A stretch of 62,274 nucleotides of DNA, counting the filler, from Choristocarpus tenellus KU-1152 (lineage: Eukaryota > Protista > Phaeophyceae), in assembly GCA_964200185.2 (NCBI GenBank). It is 12 parts of 12 records of this genome, joined end to end, with 100 filler letters (N's around TTAATTAATTAA, not from the genome) between each part and the next. Parts side by side here need not be neighbours in the genome. Positions count along the whole stretch, not along the records: positions 10,691 to 14,555 come from CAXNAD020017500.1; positions 14,656 to 21,599 come from CAXNAD020007003.1; positions 21,700 to 27,191 come from CAXNAD020010620.1; 9 more parts are not named here. One strand, written 5' to 3'. The notes under the pieces are model-generated. The model did no database searches, had not been told where the DNA came from, and saw only the letters and a program-made list of their open reading frames with translations. Every line of letters starts with the position of its first letter. The first letter of the stretch is position 1. A program made the translations under genes and the position numbers. Below, in pieces: positions 12,589-25,942 of this stretch.

Positions 12589-13970
12589 CTAGTCAATGCA
12601 CCACAAAAAGAGCACCACACACAAGAATTATTATCTTTAGTAATAACGATGATAACAATAATATTATTTGTAATCCAAGAGGTGACAATGGAGAGGGAGG
12701 GGGAAGTGTGAACGATAAAATACTGCCCCTGTCCCATAACCCTAACCCTTTACGTGTGTACCTCTTCGGGATGACCTCCGATTTCAGAACGGATTCTTGC
12801 ATCGAATTCCTTAACGTTTTTTTAAAATTATTATAAGAATACCTTTCCTCGCTTTCATTCAAAACGCCTTCAATCCACCAATTCAGTGAACGCCTTCTTG
12901 TGGGGCTTATGCCCACCTAATCTCTGTTCCATTTTTTCAGAACAATTTCGGGATATATATATATATCAAATATAACTCATCTTACGTAAAAACAATTCCG
13001 AGGAACCCAACGCAAAAATTCGTTTTGAAATTGGAGGTCATCCCAAAGAGGTACACACGCACAAAGGAACAGACTTGTGGGACAGAGGGAGTAAAATAAA
13101 ATAAAATAAAATGTCTTTTTTTCTTTTTGTAGTGTTCTGAATCGTAGTGAATTGAACAACTACTGTTTGTTTTTTTAACAACGCTTTTCAACACGTAGCC
13201 CGAGGATAGCCGGCATCAAAAATCAAGAGGGGTTAAATTAAATTGATTTTGCTAGAATGTCCTCACTGAGGTGGTTGGTGCTCCGCAGGTCTCACTTCAA
13301 GTCGAGTATTCAAAATAGAGCATCACATTAATGTTTTTGGAGTTTATACAATTTAGATATTTATTTATGTATGTATGTATGCAATTTCACGAGGAAGAAT
13401 GAAAACAATAATAAGCGCAGGGTCAATAAATAAATAAATAAAAAAGGCTCAGGGGTCTAAGTAAGCTTGCACCTTTTCTTGGCAGTAAGGCATTACTTCG
13501 GAAAGAACTGAGAATGCTGTGATTGGTTGAGCTTATGCCACCAACCAATGGCATTGATGCTGACCATACTGCCATACCAAACCACCCAACCCCATACCCT
13601 GTATTCAGTTGACGGGAATTGACAGCCCGCAGCGATTTAAAAAGCGAACTGGGCATCCACTCCTGCTTTTTAAAAAAAGGCTTGAAGGCTGTAACATCCC
13701 CTAACTTACCTATATGCAAACAAACAACCTACTCTCTCTCTCTCTCTCTCTTTATGTACATATATACCTATATCTCTAAAAAAAAACCCGTAAGTAGTGC
13801 AGGCACCAACAACAAAAATATAATAATAATAATAATATTTAAAAAAAGAAGCGTCACAGCAGTGTCAGTACTAACCAAAAGTATAGTTTCGATCAGCTAT
13901 TTAAAAAAAAAAAAGGAATTGAAAAGCTACTGCAAAGCCAAAAACAGAGTCGCAACCCCTCCCCCCTCAC

Positions 13971-14171
13971 CTCCGTGCAAACCAACACGCCTCCTCTGTC
14001 TGGAAGGTACAGGTCCAGCAGGCGATAGCGCTGGAACAGTCCCGAGAACATGCAGAACACCCTCTGTCCCTCTGGCATCACCTGACCCTCTTCATCCACC
14101 ACGTTCTCCAATGTGTCCACTGCCTTTACAAAATACAGCCGCATCAGCATCCCCACCAGACGGTCCATCCC
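13971..14171 (-). CDS. TBC-domain (Rab-GAP) protein, internal exon
   Basis: cag|GMDRLVGMLMRLYF...VFCMFSGLFQRYRLLDLYLPDRGGVLVCTE|gtgagg; 201 bp; matches the sequence following the TBC YxQ-GM motif. Confidence 0.85.
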
Positions 14172-14251
14172 CTGCCCGGATACACAGCACCGAATCGTGG
14201 AAAAGTTTTGTGTTATCAGGGGAAGTGGGGCAGGGGGATACTGTAGCTGTT

Positions 14252-14420
14252 GGGGTGGGTGGGGGGTGTGTTGTACACCAGGGTGTCCATTCGGGCCCTG
14301 ACCAGGAGAAGTCCACTTACATTATCGATCTGATGCATGCAACCAAATCACCCAAAAATCACGACATGGAAAAATGGGCCCTGAATGGACAGCCGCCACC
14401 CCACCCAGATACTTTGATCC
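14252..14420 (+). mobile_element. MITE family A, left TIR eroded (intronic)
   Basis: TACACCAGGGTGTCCATTCGG...CCCAGATACTTTGATCC. Confidence 0.85.
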
Positions 14421-14470
14421 AATATCTGAATGAGCGTGTAGACATAAACCAGTTGATCACCCTAACCCTA

Positions 14471-14555
14471 GGGTCAAAGTATCTGGGGGGGGGGGGGGGG
14501 GGGTGGGTGTCCGTTTTCACCCTTTTTTTTTTTTTTACTTTTTTTTTTTTTTTTT
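14471..14555 (+). mobile_element. MITE family C end
   Basis: GGGTCAAAGTATCT, long G tract, GTCCGTTTTCACC. Confidence 0.8.
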
Positions 14556-14655
14556 NNNNNNNNNNNNNNNNNNNNNNNNNNNNNNNNNNNNNNNNNNNNT
14601 TAATTAATTAANNNNNNNNNNNNNNNNNNNNNNNNNNNNNNNNNNNNNNNNNNNN

Positions 14656-14698
14656 CCCCCCCCCCCCCCCCCCCCCCCCCCCCCAGATACTTTGACCC
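14656..14698. mobile_element. MITE right TIR with long C tract (contig start)
   Basis: C tract followed by AGATACTTTGACCC. Confidence 0.75.
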
Positions 14699-14837
14699 TC
14701 GTCCTCAGTCCTCACCCTATGAAATGAAAAGCTACAACAACAAGTAGTGCAAATCAACTGGGTCCACAATGTTTCAAGCAGTTCAACTTATAGCTGATCC
14801 GTATACACACACACTCACACACACACGCACGTGTTAC

Positions 14838-14990
14838 ATGTGAGCATTTGTTACACGTGAATAGCACGAGCATTTCTTCTGGTGTTCTAACAAAATGTGA
14901 GCATTTGTTACACATGAATAGCGCGAGCATTTCTTCTTGTGTTCTAACAAAATGTGAGCATTTGTTACACGTGAATACCGCGAGCATTTC
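14838..14990. repeat. 57-bp tandem repeat, about 2.7 copies
   Basis: tgtgagcatttgttacac(g/a)tgaata...gagcatttcttct..tgttctaacaaaa. Confidence 0.9.
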
Positions 14991-15043
14991 CTCTCATGCT
15001 TGTTAGCAAACACGAACGTTTGTGAGAGACAGATATTAATAAT

Positions 15044-15080
<37 letters not shown>

Positions 15081-16327
15081 GTAATAATATTAATAGTGGT
15101 AAAAGTGCAAGGATTGTTTCTCGCATTCTAACAAGTAAGTGTGAACAATACACGATATTAGTAACACATAGGTAGCCTTACAGAATGAATGCTGATTTCA
15201 AAGAAGATACAGAGTAAGATTCGGAATGCATACGTATCATCACAGAAGAAAAACGTCAAAGATCCTAAGAAGTTGCAGAATGAAGGTTTACGATTGGAGT
15301 GCGTATAGAGCAGTTGCGTAGAAGACCAAAGAAATTGGGTGGATGATGAATATAATAAGAGGGCTTTTCGTGAAAACACTTTTGCCCCTCTTACCAGCTT
15401 TAAAAAAAATCTTGAATGAGAATTTGAGTTGAGCTTTGAGCTAAGCACTGAGTGGAATAACTAGAGAGAAGGCTACCTGACACCCTAGAAACTGTTATCA
15501 AGGGCAATGCCCCCATTGCATCGTTTTAAGGTCGTTGGATTTGAGTTACACATCCTGTAGAGGTGAGTTCAGGGGTATGCTGTAAGACACACACCATACA
15601 TGTATGTATGTATGTATGTATGTATGTATGTGTATCTTGAAGCATTCTATTGTTGTCAAGGTTGCTATAAAAGAAATCACTAGCGAGAAATAAGGAATCA
15701 AGGAATTGTGCCCCCTGGCTGGTGAGAGAATCTCCGATTCTTTTCCTTGTTTCTTTTTCTTGGGAAAAGTGGCAGTGTGCAGATGGAAGAAGAATGGGAG
15801 GAGGGTAAAAGTGTAACAGCTTCAAGCTTCAACAGATTTTCTTGATACACACACTCACACAAACATGTATTTCATAGTACCAGCATGTCTGTCTTTGTGT
15901 GTTTACCTCAGGTGCCATCCACATCAATATGTTTTTTTTAATGCTTAAAAAAAAAAAATATGATTTTTTTTGTTTCCGAGACAGGACGGATTTATTTCAA
16001 GTCAGTTTATTTAGTAGTAGAATACAACCCCAACTAACGATGGAATTGGATTGCAAACGAGGTGAGGGGAAAGGGGGAGGACAATCCTCTGCACCAAACG
16101 GTATGGAAAGAGCTCAAGGATTCAAAGAGCGGCGTCCACTACTACTTTTCATCCGTTTCTTGTACTAGCCAATGGGAGCCCCCGACATGGATTGACTATT
16201 TGGACCCCCAGGTGAAGACAATTTGTTGAGCATAAGCTCCGATACTAGCTATTGCTTGTCTCGAAGTGATGTGTGGGCAGAGTAGGCGGAGTTATGGTGT
16301 GCCTACATCAAGTTTGACAAGAAAAGC

Positions 16328-16500
16328 AACCTGAATGAAATATTCACTAATTAACCTGAACGAAATATTCACTGATCAAACTGAATGAAATATTCACTAA
16401 TTGAACTGAATAAAATAATTCACAGATCAAACTGAATGAAATATTCACTAATCAATCTGAATAACATATTCACTGATCAACCTGAACGAAATATTTACTA
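16328..16500. repeat. ~25-bp minisatellite, about 7 copies
   Basis: aa(c/a)ctgaa(t/c)gaaatattcact(a/g)at(t/c) head-to-tail, no spacers. Confidence 0.92.
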
Positions 16501-16587
16501 GTCTGCTGTATATCTGGAGATGTAAGCAACACCGATTTCCTGCTGCCGTGCTGGCCAACCGCCGTGATTACTTGTCAATGCCTGCAG

Positions 16588-16701
16588 TCTGGTGTCAAGT
16601 ACTTCTTCAACACTGTGACTCACGAGAGCAGATGGGGCAAGCCTACAGATTTCAGCTCGGTAGCGACAGCGAACCCTAACCCTAAGGCTCCTGGCCCTAT
16701 G
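16588..16701 (+). CDS. Exon encoding the C-terminal half of a WW domain
   Basis: tgcag|SGVKYFFNTVTHESRWGKPTDFSSVATANPNPKAPGPM|gtagg; 114 bp; WW signature G..YF.N..T..S.W..P. Confidence 0.85.
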
Positions 16702-17316
16702 GTAGGACAGAAAACATCTATGTCGGACATAGAGCAAGAGGGTACCTATGGAGTACAGAGTAGATCAAATGCACTGTCGGCAGCAGCGTTGACTTGCTCT
16801 TTTTCATACTTTTTTGTGCAGGGTACTGCAGTTCGAGTAAAAACCCCTATGGTGAGGGGTGGGACAAATCTATTATTATTATTATTATTATTATTATTAG
16901 TGTTGTTGTTGTTGTTGTTGTTGTTATTGTGTTTGAGGGCGTGTCATCACGAAAAGCAAAATAAATTGGAAGGCGTATCGTCTCGTTTGTGCCTTCTTTT
17001 TCTATTTTTTTGGGGGGGGGCAACTCTAGACGGGTTTGGACTTGCTGTGAAATATGTTCAACATGTCCTTGTCCCCGTACTCTGCCCTATTTGGTCTATC
17101 TCTAATACTCACTTCCCACTGATCTTCTGGTGGTAACATTCTGCCTAAGGAGGAAGAGACATGAAATATATTGTTTCCAGAACACCTACCCCTGCACCTA
17201 TATTGCGCTTTCAGTATTTTGATGGTGGGGTGGCTTTTTCCTACTGGAGTAGAGGGCTAGACTACCATGCAATAGTCATGGGTTTGCTGTTGGTAGAGAT
17301 ACTGATAGTCCAGAAT

Positions 17317-17577
17317 GTGTTTAAGAATCTTAGAGGGTAGAGTCGTGCCCATTTGGGAACCAAAATCCAATGTTTCGATTTTGATGTAATTATGGCTATC
17401 GTGTTTATTAGGAGATGTCAATATCCTTGTTCCAGACACACCTTTTCATAAAGTATATATATTTTACCTACACAGAAATAGTTTTGGGGTAGGTAAAATG
17501 TCGTTAAAACCTGTGGGAAGCCAAGCCCCAAATGGACAAACAGGGAAAAACTTGTACACTCTAAGATACTTTCACTC
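17317..17577 (+). mobile_element. MITE family B, full-length
   Basis: GTGTTTAAGAATCTTAGAGGGTA ... TACACTCTAAGATACTTTCACTC; TSD aat/aat. Confidence 0.9.
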
Positions 17578-20264
17578 AATGTTTGAGGCCAACTAACAGT
17601 CTAGTGACCTAGCAGTGGTGATTCTACTAGGTAGCAAGGGCATCTAATCCCTCATTCCTCAACCAAGACACTCTAGATGCTAAGACACTCTCAGTCCAGG
17701 GAAGGAAGTAAAGGTCTTCCTGCTGCCTTCCATGCACCACATACCCATTATCTCCCTGCCCTCTCCTGCTTGAACTTGAGCGAATCTTGAAGAAATTTGG
17801 AGATGGGAAATCTTTTTCGCATAAACACTAGGAAGAGGTTCCCTAGCTTTTCCAATATCCTATTTTGGTAGGAGGAGGAAAATAATGTGGAAAGTTCAGC
17901 GACCTCCCATTTTGAAGCATGTGTGTATGTATGTATGTATGTATGTGTATTCTTGACATTTCTGTTGGTAAAATATCACTCCTCAATATTTTACACACAC
18001 CAAATTATCGGGAACTCACCATTCAGGTGTTCAGTGACGGCCTACATCTTGCTTTCTCGACCCTTTCCTCCTGCCTACTGATGGGGACATTTCAGGGTGT
18101 ACCTCCAAATAAGGCAGTGACTACGATAAGGGCCAGAGTTCCGTTGAATATTTCTACTGCCGCAACCGCTGCTGTGGCTGCCCCAACATATCCCCTTGGG
18201 GGGGATGCCAAGACTGCTGGGATGGGAAAGGAAGCAACACAAACTCCACTCCATCCTGGTGGAAGGTAAGCTCAGCTTAGAGTAGGACTAGCCTGTCGTA
18301 ACTTCATTTGATCCTGGAAAGCTGGCTCGGATTGGCGGCTGTCGTTCTCTCCCCTTTTCCTGTCATGGGTTTGATTGGTCTTTTCTTGGTCTTCTCCCTG
18401 TACACCACATAGCGTAGAGGTGTTCCGAGCTGACAGAGCATTCGTATCTGTTTAAATATTATTATTATTATTTACTAATGGTCGAAGTGTGCTGCTACTC
18501 TAGAGTAGTAGAAGCTCTTGGGAAGCACAACCTTCAAAGAGCCAAAACTTCTGCTGGAAAGCTTGGTTGCAGTAGTTTGGTACAGCCGACCTGATTCTGA
18601 TTCCTGGCCCCAGGGACTGTTGGGAACGTGACTACGAGAGTTGCTTATTGGATGTGCATGAATGAGGTTCCACCAGTCTATTGAGCAGTGAGCTCAGGTT
18701 TCTATTTTTTTTGTCCAAGTTGCAAAGGATCAAGGCTGGCTTGTATTTCTAACAATGGGGAAGAGAGCGCACTACCCAGCGGTGTACACTGGACGATGGA
18801 TTGAGTGTAGACTTCTCTTTTTAACTTTCCAAGTTGCAGAGATCAAGTTGGGCTCGTCCGCCTCTAGGAAGAAGCAGTTCGGACTATAGATTGAGAAGAA
18901 AGCACTCCACAGAGTGGTCTACACGATACAGTTGCCTGGCAAGTTCAGTTACGCAATTCCAACCGCAAGATATGCAGAGAGCTAGACGCCATATACATGC
19001 ATTTTGCATTTGAGGCGCACCAAGGATATAGTCAATGTACAGAAGGCCCCTTGTGCTTTCAAATAACAGGGATTGAAGGTTTGGTGTTAATCATGGGACG
19101 ATAATTTACACTACTAAAGAAGAATATGAATTTGTGATGCAATTCTCATTGGTACTTGTTTGACTTAGTATCTTGGATTCATGTGAGAGACCCACCCCTC
19201 CTGTACTTCTCAACACAGTTATCACGGTAGTTGTGGAAGGTCCATTGTCATCCAAACTGTGGGGGAAAGTAGAGGTTCCAATCTCAACCCCTGTTTGTTG
19301 CTACCCAAGGGGTCCTCTACCTGAGATCCTTAATTGTTTGATAGGACACTTCCTAGGCTGAACAGGAGATACAACAACCGCGCACCCTTATGAATATGAT
19401 CCTAAATAGCCCCAAATCCTCGATTTGCAGTGCACACACGCTCGACTATCTTCCATCGCTGATTGGCCCCTTTCTACTTCCTCTTGTCCCTTGTTAGACC
19501 TGTTCGTGCCGACCTCAGCTCTCCAAAACGCCCCGAGATGTCACCCTCAGTCTCTCTACCAGCACCACCATCCCCTCATTCACTTCCCCAGCACCCCAAG
19601 CCAGCAGAAGTTGGGAGTAGGAGACACGAGCTGAGATCAGGAGGCGATGTTGAAACATTCAAGCCACCCCTCCCTCCTCTGCCAAAGAAGAACCGTCTAC
19701 CGTCCCCACCTCCAAGGCCTTGCTCACCTAGCAATTGGTATGTTGGTTGACGAGGGGATCATGGAAACCAAATGTGCCCCCATCTGGTGAAGTAGTTGAA
19801 CCTGAGTTCAAAGCAGGAACATCACATGGTACTTCAAGAATAGCGGTGGGCCACATGAGTCAATGACTTGGGGAACATGCAAGTTGGTGATAGGCACAGA
19901 TATGTCCCAATCGGCTTTTTATCCTGCCAAGTGTTGCCGTCTCAATAATAACCACAGTCACAATCCAATCCCAGCACCTCCTACCCAACATGATTTCCTA
20001 CTTTCACAAGGTCACCACCTGCACCTGGGTCAGTGCCACCACCCCCAGGTCCACCTCCAGCAAATAACTTGTTCTGCATGTCAAAGATTGGTCCGAGTGG
20101 ATGGGGTATGCCTTCCAGAGATGATGATGTGAGGATAGAAGGAGAGGAGGTGAGAAATGCTGTACAATGAGGGTATTTCTCGTTCAACACCACCTGCTGA
20201 AGTCAGCAGAGCGGTATCTATGTAGATGTACAGGTGCATTGCACTGCGGAACCCCCCCTCCTTA

Positions 20265-20296
<32 letters not shown>

Positions 20297-20986
20297 CCCG
20301 ATATTTTGTCGAGTCTTTTGCTAACAATTTCTCAACTTTTCTGGATTTTGTTTTCAGCCCTGGTTCAGTGTTTGCTGTGGGGCACCTAAAATAGGCTGAC
20401 CAAGTTCAATTGGATTTGCAATGTCAGAGTCGTTTGAACTAGTCTGACTGGGTTGAGGACTCAGATTAGCCTGCCCTACCTTAGGGTTACGGTTAGGTTT
20501 AGTGGGGGTAGGGCTTGGGTGTGGACCCCAGAATCCAGCAGCTTTAGGGTTAGGATTAGCAACCAAGGGCCAGGAAAATATCCATAAACGATTCAGAAAT
20601 AACAACAAAACCTTTCCAAAACCGACACAACATGGTAGGGGGGGCAGGGCGCTCAGCAAGAAGGTGGACTCCTCAGTATATGGCCCAGGGAATGAAGTCT
20701 TCTAGACCTGTTGAAAGTGGCAAGGATGGCAACATTTTCATTCCAATTCTGCTTTTGAGAGTGTGCGCAACGGTGATATCCAATGTACTCTTGAGCAGTT
20801 CTCAAGATGGGGATGACCCAGCAGTACTTTGCTGCAATACAATTAACAATATATATGCTGACAAACTCTTATGGTTGTAACAAAGAGTGGGAGAGTGCTT
20901 GAGTTTGCCTGAGCTATGCTTTCACGTTTTTCATTACATCTTGGCGAGAGTCTCTCAGCTTAAGAGAGTAGGCAGAGGAGATGTTA

Positions 20987-21439
20987 GGGCCGAAGTATCT
21001 TATAGGGTAGGGCCGCGTCCATTTGGGGGTCAATATCCGTTTTTGTTGCGATTTTGATGTGATTTTTGCTATCGTGTTGTTAGGAAGTGTCAGTATCCTT
21101 GTTCCGAACACACCTTTTCATAAGGTATACATTTTACCTACTACGAAACATTTGAGCCAAAGTATCTTAGAGGGTACAGCCGCGTCCATTTGGGGGCCAA
21201 AGTCCAATGTTGCAATTTTGATGTAATTTTGGCTATTGTGTATGTTAGGAAGTGTCAATGTCGATGTTCTGGACACACCTTCTAATAACATACACATTTT
21301 ACACTCTCTGAAACATTTTGGAGTAGGAAAATGTCACTAAAAAACCCATGGGAAGCCAAGATCCAAATGGACAAACAGGGCAAGAATCGTACCCTCTAAG
21401 ATACTTTCACTCATTTTGGAGTAGGAAAATATCATAAAA
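20987..21439 (+). mobile_element. MITE family B (host copy) interrupted by a nested B and then an A
   Basis: GGGCCGAAGTATCTTATAGGGTA start; sequence resumes (tggagtaggaaaatatcataaaa) after the nested copy. Confidence 0.88.
21154..21412 (+). mobile_element. MITE family B, nested, 4-bp TSD
   Basis: attt|GAGCCAAAGTATCTTAGAGGGTA...TACCCTCTAAGATACTTTCACTC|attt. Confidence 0.92.
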
Positions 21440-21599
21440 GACTCAAAGTATCTGGGAGGGGGTGGTGACTGTCCATTTGAGGCTAACTTTTTCATGTCGC
21501 GATTTTTGGGTGATTTGGTTGCATACGTCGGATGGTTACTGTAAATGCACTTTTCCTGATAATGCCCCAAATGGACAACCTGGTGTAGACCCACCCCCC
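21440..21599 (-). mobile_element. MITE family A inserted into B (truncated by gap)
   Basis: GACTCAAAGTATCTGGGAGGGGG...CCTGGTGTAGACCC. Confidence 0.88.
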
Positions 21600-22871
21600 N
21601 NNNNNNNNNNNNNNNNNNNNNNNNNNNNNNNNNNNNNNNNNNNTTAATTAATTAANNNNNNNNNNNNNNNNNNNNNNNNNNNNNNNNNNNNNNNNNNNNC
21701 TCCTTCAATACGGGTTGGTGGTCCTTCATAATATATATTATGTACAAACGAATTATAGATGCAAAAGTATACTCCATCCTCAATTTTGGTAAGAGGCTGT
21801 TAAATGCAAAACTCCCGAAACCTGCTTACCTCTCGTTTACTTCGCCTCTTTCACAGGGCGTGAAACATGGTAACTCCCCTATTTTCAAGTCTTTCTTAAT
21901 GCTTTGTTGCAATTTAAAGTTAAACTATACCATCACTCACTACTGGTGTGTTATGGTTTGAGATTACTGGATGAAGATATTATAGCAAAACACCATGGAC
22001 GGGACATCAACACAGAGGCATTTCAGTGTTGAAGGGATGTAGTGGGGAAATAGTAGGGTCAAGGGTTATTCGGAGGGTGATCTAGGTGTGAGGCATTTGT
22101 AGTGTTGTTTATAGGGTAGATGGGTTTTTTATTGGACGTCTTCATCCATCCATAGATAAGCGCACTGTCTAGAAGATGTGTCAGCAACAGAAGAAGATGA
22201 TGACGCCACACACAGAATTTGATATTTTTGTACCAGGATTGGTACACTCATCACGAACTACTACTATGTAACTTACAAGTACTTTTCTTGTTCTACTACA
22301 GATAGTGATTTTCCCCAACAGGATTAAAATTGAAGTATCTCATGTACGCGCCTCAACTAGTGGATGTACAACTGAATGACAACAACTGCAATAATAGGCA
22401 TCAGCCTCCAATGAGCAACCAGTTGCTGCAGATTCAAGAGCTCATACGTTCACGCACAAACAAGTGTTACTGCCCTCCACATATTGGCATCCCGAAATAT
22501 AATTGAAGTTTGTGCTTATGATACGCCTGAGTAATAAATCTTATGTGTTGGCCAGAAAATAACTATGCTTTCAAGTAACAAAGTTCTACTCAACAATACA
22601 ATGGATATCAATACCAACACATTACAAGGATGCTTTATATATATCATACTTTTGGAGGGTGGTGCGTAAATACTCTTCTTCAGAGAGAGTGTGATACTGT
22701 GAGTGATAAAAATAAGGTTGGTAACTGCGAGCATAGGCACTAGCATGCCAACCTCTGTGCTCTTCTTACAGTAACTTTGATTTTCTCGCTCAGAAAGGCC
22801 TATTCGTATCTTTCCCGAAACTTCCCAAAGTGAAAAAAGGCTCTTGATCGAACCAGTACGACGGCATTAAA

Positions 22872-23056
22872 GGCTCAAAATATCTGGGGGGGGGGGTGGC
22901 AGATCTCCATTTGGGGTCAATTTTTCCATGTCGCGATCTTTGGGTGATTTGGTTGCATACGTCAGATGGAGAATGTAGATGCACGTTTCCTGATTTTGGC
23001 CCAAATGGACACCCTGGTGTAGGTTCCCCCACCCCCCATCCCAGATACTTTGACTC
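22872..23056 (-). mobile_element. MITE family A, full-length
   Basis: GGCTCAAAATATCT-G tract ... CCCAGATACTTTGACTC; TSD aaa/aaa. Confidence 0.92.
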
Positions 23057-25639
23057 AAAAACGACAGAAGAGGGGCTAGAAAGACGTCAGGACTTGCAAT
23101 TTTGGGACACAAGGCACGCATGCTGCTTGTGCTAAAACACTCCAGTGATTTGCGAGTGAAGGAAGAGGGGTGGGGGGAGAACTATTTCCTGAAAAGCGTT
23201 GTTCTGTATTGCTCTTCGCCATCCATTTTTACAAGGGCATGAAAAAGTGTGGGTATATTAATCCACTACGACTGCTGTAATGAGAAACAAATCTGAAAAA
23301 ATACCTTTTTTGAAGCGCCAGTTAATAGCTCTTAGTTCCCAGGAAATTATAAGCACCCAGCAACTTCTTCATTTGGATAAATATTTTTCTTGTGCAACGA
23401 CAACTCATGAAGATTTTTGGGAAGTATTGCGTAGATAAAGCATTCAGGGTTCATGGATGCTCTTCAGCACTCTAACCCTGACCCTAACCCCTCACACAAC
23501 TACAAAGCTGTCTGTCACCGTCAGTCCTCCCAGTGCATCTGCTTGTCACATCACACACCACTGAACCATGGCTAGACATTTGAAGGCCGACAAACTGTAG
23601 ATCGTCAGATGTCCCTTGAACATTTCCGGAGTGAGCAATGCTCAAGAAAAGGTAGGCTCATATTTGAATGAGTGCTGGGTGGTCTACAACTGCACTTCAA
23701 TGTGATCTAGTAGGTGGTATGCTTGAAAAGAGGCCATTGGCAGAATGGGAACTTTGTTGCATGGAAAAGCATTCGGGAAAGGATGGGCAGGATTTGAGGC
23801 AGAGGATGATACGCCGAACTTAAAACAGGTAACAGTGTATAACCAGTATATCACTTGTATATCACCTATTGATGGTGGTGCGAATATGATGTACTACATT
23901 GACGTAGATTCGTTTTTTAGGGGACTAGATACCAACGGGACCCAACATAGAAATGATGGCAATAAGTAGATCAACTTGCTCCTGCTTAATCGATTTTCTG
24001 TTCCAGTACATCAATCTCGTCTCTCTTTAGTCCATAAAATTCTCTGCCATGCAATTCTCAGTGGATTAAGAGATAGAGGCCCAGGGAGTGATCTGTGGAG
24101 TACGACTATTTGATCCATTCAACTTGTTGAATACTTCAAAGTACTTGGCAGCATTGTAGTGCATATTTGTACAGGAACCTCAGTGAGCATGATAGAAAAT
24201 ATTTATCGTACTACATATATAAATACATTATAGTGGCATGAAAGAGCTTTCGATTTTCAATGTTGGAGCCCGAAGCACTGTGTACATGCTATCACTCCGC
24301 ATGGTATGAGAAGCAACATTGGCACCTATGGGATGGTCTAAATTTCGTATCAATCCAGTAGGTTGTATTTTCCCCGCGTCCCCTACCCTGTACAAAAAAA
24401 ATGTTACTGCTTTTGATCTGGGCATCAAATTCTATTTATACATTCTGTGGGTACATACTTTGGCATACATACATAGCATACACCGACTGCTTTCTTGTGT
24501 GCAATTTGGAGGGAATCGGCAGAAAAGAGTGACAGTGATGCTCTTGATGTTCTCTCATCATGCCACAAATGCTTGAAGCATGGTGTGTCAAATCCGACTG
24601 CGTGTCTTGCAACTTACCAATAATAACAGTACTTCACTGAGATGGGCGGTGAGATCTGAATTGACACCATGTGCTCACGTGCTACCAACATCTTAGAATA
24701 CAAGGATTCGAGAGAAACAAAACCCCTTGGCCCCGATCCAATTAGGTCTCTGAAGTCATACTTGTGTCAGTCCTTCCGTTCCCTCCACTAGTACAACGTT
24801 GTTGCAATGCTTCCTGTCATTTGAGATCGATGGTGAGAGTCCCCCACACCTTGTTTCCCCTTTATATGTTGCTGTGGCAAAATCATCAAAACCGTGCACA
24901 CCAACACAGTGGTTTGAACAACAGATGATTCAGACTCTAGTGGGGTCACTCCTCGTGTTTACTGTCACATAAGAAGTGATTTTCCCCCTGCTACATAAGC
25001 AGCATAGCTTGAATCACTATGTGTGGGCAATGGATTACTCTCTAAACATACAAGTGCCATCATTTGGTGCTAACACTCATATGCCATCCTTCGCTGCAGC
25101 CTATTTCACAGACCTGACTCTCATGATGTCAGGTACCTGTTCTGAGTACCCAACTCTATCCCAAGCCTTGAGGCCGCCATTTCTATCTCCTCGGCACAAG
25201 AGCAACTTCCATTCTTGTGACTCATGAAAAGAAGGTCACCAAGGATACTCTTCAGCACAGTCCTATCCTCAGGTGTGCACATAGACATCACTATGCCAGA
25301 GCGACGTACATTGGAAAGCTCAATTATCAGCTGAGGATCAACAAGGGGATACAGGGACATTTGGGGAGGCCAAGGTTTCATCAGCAGCAAGGTGAGGCAA
25401 AGCTCAGTATGAATATGAATAGCTTTATCCAGTATCTAAGGAACATAAACACATCAGCTGGCTCTCTTTCCTGTATCCCAACCACGACAATCCTCTGCTG
25501 ATCTCTACAAAAGGACACTTGCATGATCACTCAACAGCAGATAGCAGGTGTAGAGAACACCATAAAAGATCCTCCGCCACATTGACTGAGCCTAGTACAC
25601 AATTTATATTGGGTAGATCTGTCACTTTGAAGTATATTT

Positions 25640-25898
25640 GAGTGAAAGTATCTTAGAGGGTACGAGTTTTTTCCTGTTTGTCCATTTGGGGCTTGGCTTT
25701 CCACGAGTTTTAGATGACATTGTTCCTACTCCAAAATGTTTCGACGTAGGAAAAATATATACTTTATGAAAAGGTGTATCCAGAACAAGGATGTTGACAC
25801 TTCCTAACAAACATGATAGCCACAATTGCATCAAAATCGCAACATTAGATTTCGGCCCCCAAATGGACACGGCTCTACCCTCTAAGATGCTTTGACTC
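25640..25898 (-). mobile_element. MITE family B, full-length
   Basis: GAGTGAAAGTATCTTAGAGGGTA ... TACCCTCTAAGATGCTTTGACTC. Confidence 0.92.
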
Positions 25899-25942
25899 GT
25901 TAGTCTAATTCAAACTACTACGCATTAACTGTATATCCTCAC

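Noticed and set aside
13619-14611. 330-aa plus-strand ORF
   Set aside because: Chance read-through of intron microsatellites, the antisense of the TBC exon, two MITEs and a gap.
16328-16500. Possible CRISPR-like array
   Set aside because: Head-to-tail repeats without unique spacers, eukaryotic intron context, no cas genes.
17700-20250. Possible decayed retroelement
   Set aside because: Composition suggests old TE sequence, but no diagnostic motif was recognisable.
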